From an uncultured Nautiliales bacterium (GTDB lineage: Bacteria; Campylobacterota; Campylobacteria; Campylobacterales; Nautiliaceae), in contig CAYULY010000003.1 of the NCBI GenBank assembly GCA_964445785.1, positions 4,084-68,083 of the forward strand: a stretch of 64,000 nt of DNA, written 5' to 3'. The notes under the pieces are model-generated. The model saw only the letters and a list, made by a program, of their open reading frames with translations. It did no database searches and had not been told where the DNA came from. Shown here piece by piece: positions 19,580 to 29,707 of the stretch. A program made the position numbers and the translations under genes. How positions within the stretch are numbered: position 1 is the stretch's first letter; every line of letters begins with the position of its first letter.

Positions 19580-22120
19580 TTATAAAAGGTCTTTTTTTAC
19601 TTTTTCAATCATCTCATCGATTTTTAAAACGTCTTTTCCACCACCTTGAGCGAAATCCGGTTTTCCACCACCTTTTCCACCTACTATAGGAGCATAATTT
19701 TTAATTAAATCCCCGGCTTTTATATTATCCGTTTTACTAACTGCCACAAGCGTAACTTTACCGTTGTTTTCACCGGCTAAAAACGCCACTAAATTATCAA
19801 ATTTTCCTTTAAGTTCCGTTGCTATTTCTCTAAGATTTGCGTTGTCTATTCTTTCGATTATATAATTAACTCCGTCTTTTTGCACCGGTTTAAGCTCTTT
19901 AAGGGCAGCTTTTTCAAGTTCTTTTATTTTAGATTTTAAACTCTTAATTTCATCTTTTTGTTTTTCAACAAACGCTTTTAAGTCTTTTGCTTTATTTTCG
20001 GCTTTCATCTCTTCTACCAAATCGATATAACCTCTTGCATATTTATAAGCCCCAAATCCCGCAACGGCTTCTATTCTTCTAACACCTGCACTAACTCCAG
20101 ATTCTTTAGTAATATAAAAACTGTTAACTTCAGCCGTATTATTTACGTGAGTACCTCCACAAAGTTCGATACTAAAGTCTCCAAATTTTACAACCCTTAC
20201 TACATCTCCGTATTTTTCACCAAATAGTGCCATAGCACCTATTTTTTTAGCTTCATCTATACTCATCTCTTTAATTTCTGCCGGAATTGATTTGGCAATT
20301 ACTCTATTTACCATCTCCTCAATAGCCATAAGCTCTTCTTTTGTTAAAGCTTTAGGATGGGTAAAGTCAAATCTTAATCTATTAGCCTCCACCAAAGACC
20401 CAGCTTGAGTTACGTGCTCTCCTAAAACTTTTCTAAGTGCCGCGTGTAGAAGGTGGGTTGCCGTATGGTTTTTAGCTATTTCACTTCTACTCTCATCCAC
20501 AACAGCTTTTACCTCATCACCTACTTTTAAATCGGCTTTTACGACCTTACTTAAGTTTCTGTCATCAAATTTTTTAGTATCCACCACTTTTGCAACAACT
20601 TTACCGTCTTTGATAATTTCACCCTTATCTCCAACCTGACCTCCACTTTCCGCATAAAAAGGAGTCTCTTCAAGCATTACCCAACCATCTTTATTGGCAA
20701 GTTCGTCAACTAAATTCATATTTTCATCAAATAACGCTTTTACTTTTGTTTTATACTCAGTATATTCATACCCTACAAACTTATTAGGTTCAATTTTTTC
20801 CAAATCTTTTAAATTAATCTTAACGTCTCCACTTCCTTTCCAGTTGGCTCTGGCTCTTTGTTTTTGCTCTTCCATTAAAGCGTTAAACGTTTTTATATCC
20901 ACTTTTTTATTTACTTCTCTTAACATATCTTCCGTTAAATCAAGAGGAAACCCGTAAGTATCATAAAGTTTAAACGCAACCTTTCCACTAAAAACATTTC
21001 CCGAAGTTTTTTTAAGCTCTTCTTCAAAAAGCTGCATTCCTTTGTCAATCGTTTCGAAAAATCTCTCTTCTTCAAGCTTAATAGTATCTTTTACAGACTC
21101 TTTCTTTTCAAGAAGATACGGATACTGCTCACCCATTTGATTTGCAAGAGTATCTACGATTTTATACATAAAAGGTTCTCTCATTCCAAGTAAATACCCG
21201 TGTCTAACTCCACGTCTTAAAATTCTTCTAAGTACATACCCCCTACCTTCTCTGCTAAACTGCACACCTTGAGCTACAAGGAAAGTAACTGCTCTTATAT
21301 GATCTGCTATAACCCTATGACTTGCTCCTCTTTTATCGGTATGATACTCTTTACCCGTAATTTCTACGATTTTTTCAAGCAAAGGTCTAAAAATAGAAGA
21401 ATCGTAATTGCTTGCAACCCCCTCTTTTATAGCCGTAATTCTCTCAAGTCCCATTCCAGTATCGATACTAGGTTTTGGAAGGGGCGTTAAATTTCCGTTT
21501 TCATCTTTATTATACTGCATAAATACAAGGTTCCAAATTTCAAGGAATCTATCTCCATCTCCTCCTAAATAATCTTCCGGAGAATTGAATTTATCCGCCC
21601 CCTGGTCGTAATGAATCTCACTACAAGGTCCACAAGGCCCCATATCTCCCATTTGCCAGAAATTATCTTTATCTCCCATTTTTACGATTCTGTCTTTACT
21701 AACATATTTTTCCCAAATTTTTCCCGCCTCATCGTCACTTTCGTGAATCGTAATCCAGAGTCTATCTTTTGGAAGTTCAAGCACTTCGGTTACGAATTCC
21801 CAAGCATATTTAATGGCGTCTTCTTTAAAGTAATCTCCAAAACTAAAATTTCCAAGCATTTCAAAAAGAGTATGGTGACGGTTTGTATATCCTACGTTTT
21901 CAAGGTCGTTGTGTTTTCCACCGGCTCTCATACAAAGCTGCGAACTACAAGCCCTAGGAGGAGTTGGAGCCGGTTTTTCTCCTGTAAAAATAGGTTTAAA
22001 AGGAACCATTCCGGCATTTGTAAATAAAAGTGTTGGGTCATCCGGTACAAGTGGAGCTGACGGATAAACTTTATGTCCTTTACTCTCAAAAAACTCTAAA
22101 AATTTTTTTCTTATATCCAT
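19580..22120 (-). CDS. alaS: alanine--tRNA ligase
   Basis: [57 protein letters not shown]; likely ATG at 22120. Confidence 0.98.
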   Translation of the reverse strand: MDIRKKFLEFFESKGHKVYPSAPLVPDDPTLLFTNAGMVPFKPIFTGEKPAPTPPRACSSQLCMRAGGKHNDLENVGYTNRHHTLFEMLGNFSFGDYFKEDAIKYAWEFVTEVLELPKDRLWITIHESDDEAGKIWEKYVSKDRIVKMGDKDNFWQMGDMGPCGPCSEIHYDQGADKFNSPEDYLGGDGDRFLEIWNLVFMQYNKDENGNLTPLPKPSIDTGMGLERITAIKEGVASNYDSSIFRPLLEKIVEITGKEYHTDKRGASHRVIADHIRAVTFLVAQGVQFSREGRGYVLRRILRRGVRHGYLLGMREPFMYKIVDTLANQMGEQYPYLLEKKESVKDTIKLEEERFFETIDKGMQLFEEELKKTSGNVFSGKVAFKLYDTYGFPLDLTEDMLREVNKKVDIKTFNALMEEQKQRARANWKGSGDVKINLKDLEKIEPNKFVGYEYTEYKTKVKALFDENMNLVDELANKDGWVMLEETPFYAESGGQVGDKGEIIKDGKVVAKVVDTKKFDDRNLSKVVKADLKVGDEVKAVVDESRSEIAKNHTATHLLHAALRKVLGEHVTQAGSLVEANRLRFDFTHPKALTKEELMAIEEMVNRVIAKSIPAEIKEMSIDEAKKIGAMALFGEKYGDVVRVVKFGDFSIELCGGTHVNNTAEVNSFYITKESGVSAGVRRIEAVAGFGAYKYARGYIDLVEEMKAENKAKDLKAFVEKQKDEIKSLKSKIKELEKAALKELKPVQKDGVNYIIERIDNANLREIATELKGKFDNLVAFLAGENNGKVTLVAVSKTDNIKAGDLIKNYAPIVGGKGGGKPDFAQGGGKDVLKIDEMIEKVKKDLL

Positions 22121-22169
22121 AAAAGGCCTTTTTTGATAAAATTTTAACAAAAAAGGTCTTAATTTAATA

Positions 22170-23228
22170 ATGTATAAAAAAGAATTATCGATTTTAGAGA
22201 AAAAAAATAGACTAAGAAAAAGGAAACTATACCCTCAAAACATTATAGACTTAGCAAGCAACGACTATTTAAGTCTAGCGGAAGATAAAGATATTTTAAA
22301 CAAAGCTTTTGAAAAACTAAATCAACTCGGCTTTCACGGAAGTAAAGCTTCACTACTTGTAAACGGCTACAACACAGCCCATAAAATGCTTGAAGACAAG
22401 TTAAAAAAACTAAATAACTTTGAAGATGCGATAATCGTAGGAAGTGGATTTTTAGCCAATATGGCACTTTTTGAACTCGGCAGAAGGGGGGACTTATTTT
22501 TAGTAGACAGCGAATACCACGCAAGTGGTATGGTAGGAAGCAGATTAACTCAAGCGGAAATTAGGTTTTTTAATCACAATTCATTAGAAGATTTAGAAAA
22601 AAAATCAAAAGATTTAAAAAATTTTAAAAGAGTCTTTGTGGTTGTTGAGGGAATTTACTCAATGAACGGAGACAAAGTCAAAAAAGAGATAACCTCCTAC
22701 GCCCAGAAAATAGGCACCCTTATAATAGACGAAGCACACAGTGTAGGGGTAGTGGGAGAAAATTTAATGGGTATTACCGACGAATATGAATTAAACCCTT
22801 TAAAAACTATTAAAATGGGGACTTTAGGAAAGGCTCTTGGAAGTTACGGAGCTTATATTTTAGCCCAAAAAGAGATAATAGAGTTTTTAATAAACAAAGC
22901 CAAAAGCATAATCTACACAACCGCCCTAAGCCCTGCCGATACACTGCTTGCTTATTACGCCTTAGAAAAAATAGTGTCTAAAAAAGAATACTTTAAACAA
23001 AAGATAAAAAAAAGAAGATTAATTCTAAATTCAGAATCTTTAATTAAAATCATTCCGGTAAAAGACAACAAAACCCTACTTCAAAAACAAAACGAATTAA
23101 AAAATCAAAATATTTTAATAGGAGCTATAAGGCCCCCTACCGTTAAACAGCCGATTTTCAGAATTATTGGACGAGTAAACATTCAAAGTGATATAATTTC
23201 CAAAACCATTAATTTTTTAAAGGAATAA
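22170..23228 (+). CDS. bioF: 8-amino-7-oxononanoate synthase
   Basis: [35 protein letters not shown] (PLP Lys), IRPPTV. Confidence 0.9.
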   Translation: MYKKELSILEKKNRLRKRKLYPQNIIDLASNDYLSLAEDKDILNKAFEKLNQLGFHGSKASLLVNGYNTAHKMLEDKLKKLNNFEDAIIVGSGFLANMALFELGRRGDLFLVDSEYHASGMVGSRLTQAEIRFFNHNSLEDLEKKSKDLKNFKRVFVVVEGIYSMNGDKVKKEITSYAQKIGTLIIDEAHSVGVVGENLMGITDEYELNPLKTIKMGTLGKALGSYGAYILAQKEIIEFLINKAKSIIYTTALSPADTLLAYYALEKIVSKKEYFKQKIKKRRLILNSESLIKIIPVKDNKTLLQKQNELKNQNILIGAIRPPTVKQPIFRIIGRVNIQSDIISKTINFLKE

Positions 23229-23229
23229 A

Positions 23230-25161
23230 TTGCTAAAAAAAATTTTTACCGTTACACTTATCCTAATAACTTCCGTATTATTAATAGCCATAGGATATTT
23301 TTTATATCTTTACAATTCCACCAGATTCGCCACCGAAAAAATTCTTTATTATAACCCTCCTTTGTCGGCTAGATTCTATGATAAAAACGGTCAATTATTA
23401 GCCGTAAAATATAAAAAAGAAAACCGCTTTTACGTAAAATACGACGATATTCCCCCACGAGTCATAGAGACGTTAATAGCCACGGAAGATACATCTTTTT
23501 TTGAACATGAAGGAACCAATTTCAATGCTATTTTAAGAGCTTTAATAAAAGACATAAAAGCCGGCAAAAAAGTTGAAGGAGCCTCAACTATAACTCAACA
23601 ATTAATAAAAAATCTATACCTTAACCGCAAAAAAACCATACAAAGAAAATTAAAAGAGATGATAATCTCAATGAAAGTGGAACATTTCTTAACAAAAGAA
23701 GAAATTTTAGAAAGATATTTAAACCAAATCTATCTGGGTCACGGATATTACGGTATAAAAACGGCGGCTTTCGGATATTTCCATAAAGATTTAAAAAATT
23801 TGAACTTAAAAGAAATAGCTATGCTTATAGCACTTCCAAAAGGACCAAGCCTTTACGACCCTACAAGAAACTACGAACTAAACATAAAAAGAGCTGATAG
23901 AATCATAAAAAGAATGTATACTTTAAGATGGATTTCTTCAAAAGAGTATAAAGAAGCTATCTTAAAACGTCCTAAAGTTTATAAAATTATGATACAAAAC
24001 CAAGCCCCTTATGCGGTAGATACCGCTATTATGCAACTTCTTCCTAAATATCCGGATTTATTTACAAAAGGATACGATATTAATTTAACAATAGACCTCC
24101 CGACTCAAAAATTAGCACAACAAACAATTAAATGGAATAAAAAAAGAGTTCTTAAATTAAATCCTAAATTAAACGAATCAAAATTAAACGGAGCTTTAAT
24201 AACAATTACTCCTAGCAGTGGAGAGGTACTGGCACTTGTGGGAGGAAGCGATTATAAAAAAAGCAAATTCAACAGAGTCATCCAATCCAAAAGAAGCGTA
24301 GGAAGTGCTATAAAGCCTTTTATTTATCAAATAGCACTAAATATAGGCTATAATCCGGGAAGCAAAATAGCCGATATCAGTAGAACGTTTAAAATCCCAA
24401 GCAACACACCGGAAGAAGATAAATACTGGAAACCTAAAAACTACGAAAAAAACACCTTAGGACTGATAACCTTAAGAGAATCTTTGGTTCATTCAAGAAA
24501 CTTAGCCACAATAAACCTGGTTATGTCTATGGGGCTTGATACGGTTATTAAAGAGATGTATAACTTCGGATTTGACAATCTTCCTAGAAACTTAAGTATA
24601 GCTTTAGGAAGTGTAGGTATCAATATGTGGAAATTTAGCGAACTTTATACGATATTTAGCAATTATGGCATAAAATCCCAAATTCATATAGTAAAAAGCC
24701 TAGAAATTCCAAGAGAAAATATAAAAATTTCATTTCCTCCGACACACGAATATATAGAACCAGACTATCAAGCATATCTTATAACAAACATTCTCCAAGA
24801 CGTAGTTAAAAAAGGAACCGGAAGAAACGCAAGAGTAAAAGGTATAGAAATAGCCGGGAAAACCGGTACTACCAATAATTTCGTCGATGCGTGGTTTTGT
24901 GGATTTACACCAAACTCTCAAACTCTTATCTGGTTTGGAAACGACGACTCTTCGACGCTGGGTAAAAGTATGAGTGGTGGTAGGGTTTCGGCTCCCGCTT
25001 TTAAATACTTTTATTCGCATTTACTCAAAATCCACCCTGAATTAATCAGAAAATTTAAAATTCCAAAAGAAGTACACTACTACGAAATAAACGGAAAAAA
25101 AGAACTGTTTACGAAAATATCTCCTCCTCCAAAAGAGGAGACCTACGAGCCGGTATTTTAA
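23230..25161 (+). CDS. mrcA: penicillin-binding protein 1A (class A PBP)
   Basis: Transglycosylase motifs EDTSFFEH, GASTITQQL, RKLKE; transpeptidase SAIK, SRN, KTGT. Confidence 0.93.
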   Translation: MLKKIFTVTLILITSVLLIAIGYFLYLYNSTRFATEKILYYNPPLSARFYDKNGQLLAVKYKKENRFYVKYDDIPPRVIETLIATEDTSFFEHEGTNFNAILRALIKDIKAGKKVEGASTITQQLIKNLYLNRKKTIQRKLKEMIISMKVEHFLTKEEILERYLNQIYLGHGYYGIKTAAFGYFHKDLKNLNLKEIAMLIALPKGPSLYDPTRNYELNIKRADRIIKRMYTLRWISSKEYKEAILKRPKVYKIMIQNQAPYAVDTAIMQLLPKYPDLFTKGYDINLTIDLPTQKLAQQTIKWNKKRVLKLNPKLNESKLNGALITITPSSGEVLALVGGSDYKKSKFNRVIQSKRSVGSAIKPFIYQIALNIGYNPGSKIADISRTFKIPSNTPEEDKYWKPKNYEKNTLGLITLRESLVHSRNLATINLVMSMGLDTVIKEMYNFGFDNLPRNLSIALGSVGINMWKFSELYTIFSNYGIKSQIHIVKSLEIPRENIKISFPPTHEYIEPDYQAYLITNILQDVVKKGTGRNARVKGIEIAGKTGTTNNFVDAWFCGFTPNSQTLIWFGNDDSSTLGKSMSGGRVSAPAFKYFYSHLLKIHPELIRKFKIPKEVHYYEINGKKELFTKISPPPKEETYEPVF

Positions 25162-26543
25162 AAAATCATCGCTTTTGCGATTAAAGAGTTAACTCTTTTT
25201 ATAACCTCTTCTTTTCCAAGAATACTAAGAAGAGCGGCTAAGTCTATTCCTTTCGTATCACCCACCATAGCTATTCTAAGTGGAGGCATAAGCTCTCTTG
25301 GTTTTAGTGATTTTAATTGTAAAAACTCATTCATCACATCGTGCCACTCCGGAGGCAAATGAGGATTTTTATCTTCTAAATAGTTAACAAATTCTTTTAG
25401 ATTGGTCACAACAGAATCTTTTATAAACTTTTTAAACGCTTTTTCATTATAACTTGTAGGAGGCGTTAAGATTTTTTCAATCTCTTCAGCCATTTCTTTT
25501 AGAGTTTTTACCCTCTCTTTAAGTTCGTCGATTAAAATCTCTTTTTTATCGTGATTAATAATATCTATCCCGAAATCGTCTCTAAGAAGTTTTTCAAGTC
25601 TTTCATTTGAAGAGTTTTTAATATAGTGAGAATTTAGCCAATCAAGTTTTTCTTTGTTGTATCTACTAGGAGATTTATTGATGTCTTTCGGATCAAAAAG
25701 TCGTATCATCTCTTCAATACTAAAAATCTCCTGGTCTCCGTGCGACCAACCGAGTCTTACCAAAAAGTTAAGCAGAGCCTCCGGCAAATACCCCTCACGC
25801 TTATACTCCATAACATCCACAGCCCCGTCACGTTTACTCATTTTAGAGCCTTTTTCGTTATGAATCATAGGCACGTGATAAAAGTTTGGTACATCCCAGC
25901 CAAAAGCTTTATAAACCAAAATCTGTTTAAAAGTATTTGTAAAATGGTCATCCCCTCTTATAATATCCGTCATTCCCATTTCATAGTCATCAATTACCAC
26001 AACAAAATTATAAGTAGGTGTCCCGTCGCTTCTTGCGATAACAAAATCGTCTATCTCTTTTGCATCAATTACAGCTTCTCCCTTAACTCCGTCAAAAAAA
26101 GAGACTTTCCCTTCAAGTGGAGCTTTAAATCTAATTACATAAGGTTTATCAAGTTCCCCTTCAAAATCTCTGTATTTTCTAATATCGATAGAAGGTTCGA
26201 TTCCTTTCATTCTGGCTTCTCTTATCGTCTCAAGTTCTTCTTTTGTCAAATAACATTTATAAGCAAGACCTTTTTGAAGCAGTTCATCGATATACTTTTT
26301 ATAAATATCAAATCTCTCACTTTGAAACACAACCTCATCATCCCATTTCATTCCAACCCAGTTAAAAGCTTTAAGAATAGCATCAACCGCTTCTTGTTTG
26401 TTACGGCTTAAATCCGTATCTTCAATTCTTAATCTAAATTTTCCGTTATATTTTCTGGCTAAAAGCCAGTTAAAAAGAGCCGTCCTAAGCCCACCTATAT
26501 GTAAATAGCCAGTAGGACTTGGTGCAAATCTTGTAACTACCAT
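25158..26543 (-). CDS. gltX: glutamate--tRNA ligase
   Basis: TRFAPSPTGYLHIGG, RIEDTD, IRGDDH, KMSKR. Confidence 0.97.
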   Translation of the reverse strand: MVVTRFAPSPTGYLHIGGLRTALFNWLLARKYNGKFRLRIEDTDLSRNKQEAVDAILKAFNWVGMKWDDEVVFQSERFDIYKKYIDELLQKGLAYKCYLTKEELETIREARMKGIEPSIDIRKYRDFEGELDKPYVIRFKAPLEGKVSFFDGVKGEAVIDAKEIDDFVIARSDGTPTYNFVVVIDDYEMGMTDIIRGDDHFTNTFKQILVYKAFGWDVPNFYHVPMIHNEKGSKMSKRDGAVDVMEYKREGYLPEALLNFLVRLGWSHGDQEIFSIEEMIRLFDPKDINKSPSRYNKEKLDWLNSHYIKNSSNERLEKLLRDDFGIDIINHDKKEILIDELKERVKTLKEMAEEIEKILTPPTSYNEKAFKKFIKDSVVTNLKEFVNYLEDKNPHLPPEWHDVMNEFLQLKSLKPRELMPPLRIAMVGDTKGIDLAALLSILGKEEVIKRVNSLIAKAMIF

Positions 26544-26648
26544 TGAGTTCCTTTTTTATGAAATTATATCAAATAGAACTTTTTATCTTATTGAGAAGAA
26601 TCAATGAAAATACTTTTCATATAGGCTAAAATAAAAAAAAGGATTTTT

Positions 26649-27077
26649 ATGCGATTTGCAAAAATACTTTTTGAACCGTCGGAAAAAAATTTAATAAAAA
26701 AACTAAAAAAAGAACATAAAGTCTTATTATCTTTATGTGTAAAAATAGAAACTAATTTTCAAAAACAAAAATTCGGCAAAACCGTTAAACTTTTAAAAAA
26801 ATTAAAAATCAATTTTGAAGAGCATATTAAATCGGAAAACGAATTTCTCTACCCTTATTTAAAATCAAAATATAAAGATATAAGAATAATTTCTTTCATA
26901 GAACAAAAAAGAAAAGAGATTTTCAAAATAAAAATTATTTTCGAAAAATTTATAAACGAATATAAGAATGCGAATTCTATAAAAAAAAAGACTTTTAAAG
27001 AAGACTTCGATATGATAAATTTCATTTTAATCCGGAGAATAAAGTTTGAAGAAACTAAACTTTATTCATATTATTAA
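26649..27077 (+). CDS. hemerythrin-like (HHE) four-helix protein
   Basis: LKKEH, HIKSENEFLYP and RIKFEETKLY match the hemerythrin-like repeat; several His ligands are substituted. Confidence 0.7.
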   Translation: MRFAKILFEPSEKNLIKKLKKEHKVLLSLCVKIETNFQKQKFGKTVKLLKKLKINFEEHIKSENEFLYPYLKSKYKDIRIISFIEQKRKEIFKIKIIFEKFINEYKNANSIKKKTFKEDFDMINFILIRRIKFEETKLYSYY

Positions 27078-28194
27078 GTACTTTTGTGCTTATCATTACG
27101 ATAATTACTTCCAACACCGCCGTAAATACTAATACATTAAACCAATAATCGCTGATAGTGTGATTTTGATGAGCTAAAGTAGCAGTCGCTATTAACAAAG
27201 TAAGAGGCATAGATAAAGATAAAGCGAATAATACACTTTTATTAACTCCTAAAAAAGAATAAAAAACAAGTGCGGCGATAAACCTAAGTACAATCATTAT
27301 CATTACTATAAATAAGGCATCTACTATCATATTGTAAGAGATTAATTTCAAGTTCAAAGAAGTCCCGACATGTACAAAAAATATAGTAATTAAAAATCCG
27401 AATCCAAAAGGTGCTAATTTATGTTCAAGCTCTTTGTTATGTTCAAAAAACGTAGATATAAAGACTCCCACTACAAACGCCCCCAATACAACATCTATAT
27501 TAATTTTCATTAAAAAAGCAATCATAATAAAAAAAAGACTAAAAGCTATTCTAACATCCTGATGATACTTATCAACTCCCGGCATTAAATAATGTTTTAG
27601 TTTTGGAAACCACCAAAAAAGAGTTCTTATTACAAAAAACAAAACTCCCAAAAAAACTAAAAATAAAACTAAAACAAGAGTAGTAATCAAAAGATGTTTA
27701 CCAAAACCGAATTCAAAATATCCACTTACCACAGTTAAAATCAAAATAGATAAAAGTTCGCCTAAAACTCCCACTTTTATAGCCAAATCCAGCCATTTCT
27801 TTTTTCCTATTTCTTGTTGAATGGAAATCATAAGCCCTATGGAAATAAGAGGAAAAATTACAAGAAAAATTTTTGAAAAGCCTAACATAAATACAAACAA
27901 ACCGCTTAATCCGTTTAAAATCACTAAAAACAACAAAGCCTTTTTAATAACTTCTTTAGGTATTCTTAAAAGCTCTTTTAAATTAACCTCCATTCCGGCA
28001 AGAAGCATTAAATACAAAAATCCGACTTCTGCCAAAAGATTAAACATTGCATTATGATGAATAAGTCCTATAGCACTAAAAACAGCTCCTAAAGTAATCT
28101 CCACCATAGAAATCGGAAGTTTTAACAAATTGCTCAAAAAAGGAGATATCAAGAGTATTATTGAAAGGGATATTATAAGTAATTCAGCACTCAT
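27055..28194 (-). CDS. cation:proton antiporter (CPA2/NapA-like)
   Basis: About 12 TM helices; LMLLAGME, LGAFVVG, FFVHVG motifs. Confidence 0.88.
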   Translation of the reverse strand: MSAELLIISLSIILLISPFLSNLLKLPISMVEITLGAVFSAIGLIHHNAMFNLLAEVGFLYLMLLAGMEVNLKELLRIPKEVIKKALLFLVILNGLSGLFVFMLGFSKIFLVIFPLISIGLMISIQQEIGKKKWLDLAIKVGVLGELLSILILTVVSGYFEFGFGKHLLITTLVLVLFLVFLGVLFFVIRTLFWWFPKLKHYLMPGVDKYHQDVRIAFSLFFIMIAFLMKINIDVVLGAFVVGVFISTFFEHNKELEHKLAPFGFGFLITIFFVHVGTSLNLKLISYNMIVDALFIVMIMIVLRFIAALVFYSFLGVNKSVLFALSLSMPLTLLIATATLAHQNHTISDYWFNVLVFTAVLEVIIVMISTKVLNNMNKV

Positions 28195-29008
28195 TTGCTA
28201 TTTTAAACCCTTCTTTAATTAAAATTTCCAAATCCTTATCTGGCTTTTCGCCTTTAGTGGTTAAATAATCGCCTATAACAATTGAATTCGCCCCGGCTTT
28301 TAACGCCTTGGTCCATTCATTGCCGAATGCTATTTCCCTGCCTCCTGCAAGCATTATGATAGAATTTTCAAATTCCCTAGCAAATCTTTTTACTGTATTA
28401 AGGGCAAATTCTTTATTATGCGTAGCTTTTAAAGGGAGTTTAGGGTTTTCAATAAAAAAATTAAGCGGAATCCCTTCAGGATTTAATTTTTTAAGCGAAT
28501 TTATTAAACTTTGTATATCTTCTTCACTCTCACCCATCCCGAATATTCCCCCGCAGCAAAGCCTGAGCCCTACGGATTTAATATTTTCACAGGTTTCAAA
28601 CCTCTCATCCCAAGTATGTGTCGAGCAGATTTTCGGATAATATTCACGGCTTGTTTCAAGATTGTGGTTATATATTTTTACACCCGCGTTTTTAAGCTCT
28701 TTTAAAGATTCTTTATCCGCCGTTCCGTTACAGGCTATGAGTGTAATATCCACTTCTTTTTTTACCGCTCTAGCCGCACGGGAAACATATTCGAGCGTTT
28801 TATCATCAAGACTTTTTCCGCTTGTCACAAGACAAAACCCGGAAGCCCTATTTTTTTTGGCAAGTTTCGCTTCCTTTACAATAACTTCTATCGGCTTTTC
28901 TTTATATCTTGTAATATCAGCCCCCCATCTTACACTTTGGGTACAAAACTTACAATCTTCCCTGCAAGCCCCGGAGCGAATATTGCTAATGGCACATAAA
29001 TAAATCAT
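28184..29008 (-). CDS. bioB: biotin synthase
   Basis: Radical SAM CREDCKFC, YNHNLETS, GGIFGMGES, GANSIVIGDYLTT. Confidence 0.95.
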   Translation of the reverse strand: MIYLCAISNIRSGACREDCKFCTQSVRWGADITRYKEKPIEVIVKEAKLAKKNRASGFCLVTSGKSLDDKTLEYVSRAARAVKKEVDITLIACNGTADKESLKELKNAGVKIYNHNLETSREYYPKICSTHTWDERFETCENIKSVGLRLCCGGIFGMGESEEDIQSLINSLKKLNPEGIPLNFFIENPKLPLKATHNKEFALNTVKRFAREFENSIIMLAGGREIAFGNEWTKALKAGANSIVIGDYLTTKGEKPDKDLEILIKEGFKIANEC

Positions 29009-29532
29009 TTTTCCACTTTAAAAAAGAATTCCTTAATTTTACTTTTCCACTCACTTGTTTTAATCTGTCTGTAATAAAGAGTCACTACATATTTGTCATC
29101 TTCAATATCAAGCGTCATACACGTAGAAAATCCGTGGTCTCTCGCACAAACTTCCCCCGGATTTAAAATAAGGTTTCTTCCGTTAAAAGTAATATCCACA
29201 TCATGCGTATGTCCGTATACTATGATATCGGTATCAAGTGGAAACATATATTTAGGATAATGCATAAGCTTCCACGTCCTTGAAGCTAGTTTAAAATAGT
29301 GAGGTTCACTGTTTAAATTATATTTATCCACTACCTTATAAAGATGAAAATCGTTATTTCCCAAAACTACCGTATATCTAACACCACAATTTTCTAAATA
29401 CTCCAAAATCTCTTCCTCCACTATATCCCCGGCGTGTAAAATAAATTCAACTCCTTTAGAAACAAGCAAATCTATAGCCTTTTTTGCACGCCCTACTTTT
29501 TTGTGCGTATCAGACATAATTCCCACTCTCAA
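29005..29532 (-). CDS. YfcE-family metallophosphoesterase
   Basis: SDTH, HAGD, GNND, GHTH, NPG motifs. Confidence 0.92.
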   Translation of the reverse strand: MRVGIMSDTHKKVGRAKKAIDLLVSKGVEFILHAGDIVEEEILEYLENCGVRYTVVLGNNDFHLYKVVDKYNLNSEPHYFKLASRTWKLMHYPKYMFPLDTDIIVYGHTHDVDITFNGRNLILNPGEVCARDHGFSTCMTLDIEDDKYVVTLYYRQIKTSEWKSKIKEFFFKVEK

Positions 29533-29560
29533 CTAAAGTCCTTTTTTATCTAATTTAAAC

Positions 29561-29707
29561 TCAATCGATTTTATAACCATTTTTTAAAACCTCTTCTCTT
29601 AAAGTATCATTGTTAAACACAACATCAACAGGAATTAAAAGCCTCTCTTCTAAAAACTCTTTTGTCTTCTTTATAATTTCAAGCTCCTCTTTATTTAGTA
29701 GCCTCAA
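29561..29707 (-). pseudogene. internally deleted minimal nucleotidyltransferase (MNT antitoxin-like) remnant, 48 aa
   Basis: Manual translation from TTG at 29707: MRLLNKEELEIIKKTKEFLEERLLIPVDVVFNNDTLREEVLKNGYKID*; MNT-like N- and C-termini without the FGS..DxD core. Confidence 0.55.

Noticed and set aside
25740-26411. 223-aa plus-strand ORF and the many other 60-165 aa ORFs nested antisense or out of frame in core genes
   Set aside because: These are shadow ORFs of well-supported genes (gltX, leuA, alaS, topA, pckA, mreB and others) with no motifs or RBS
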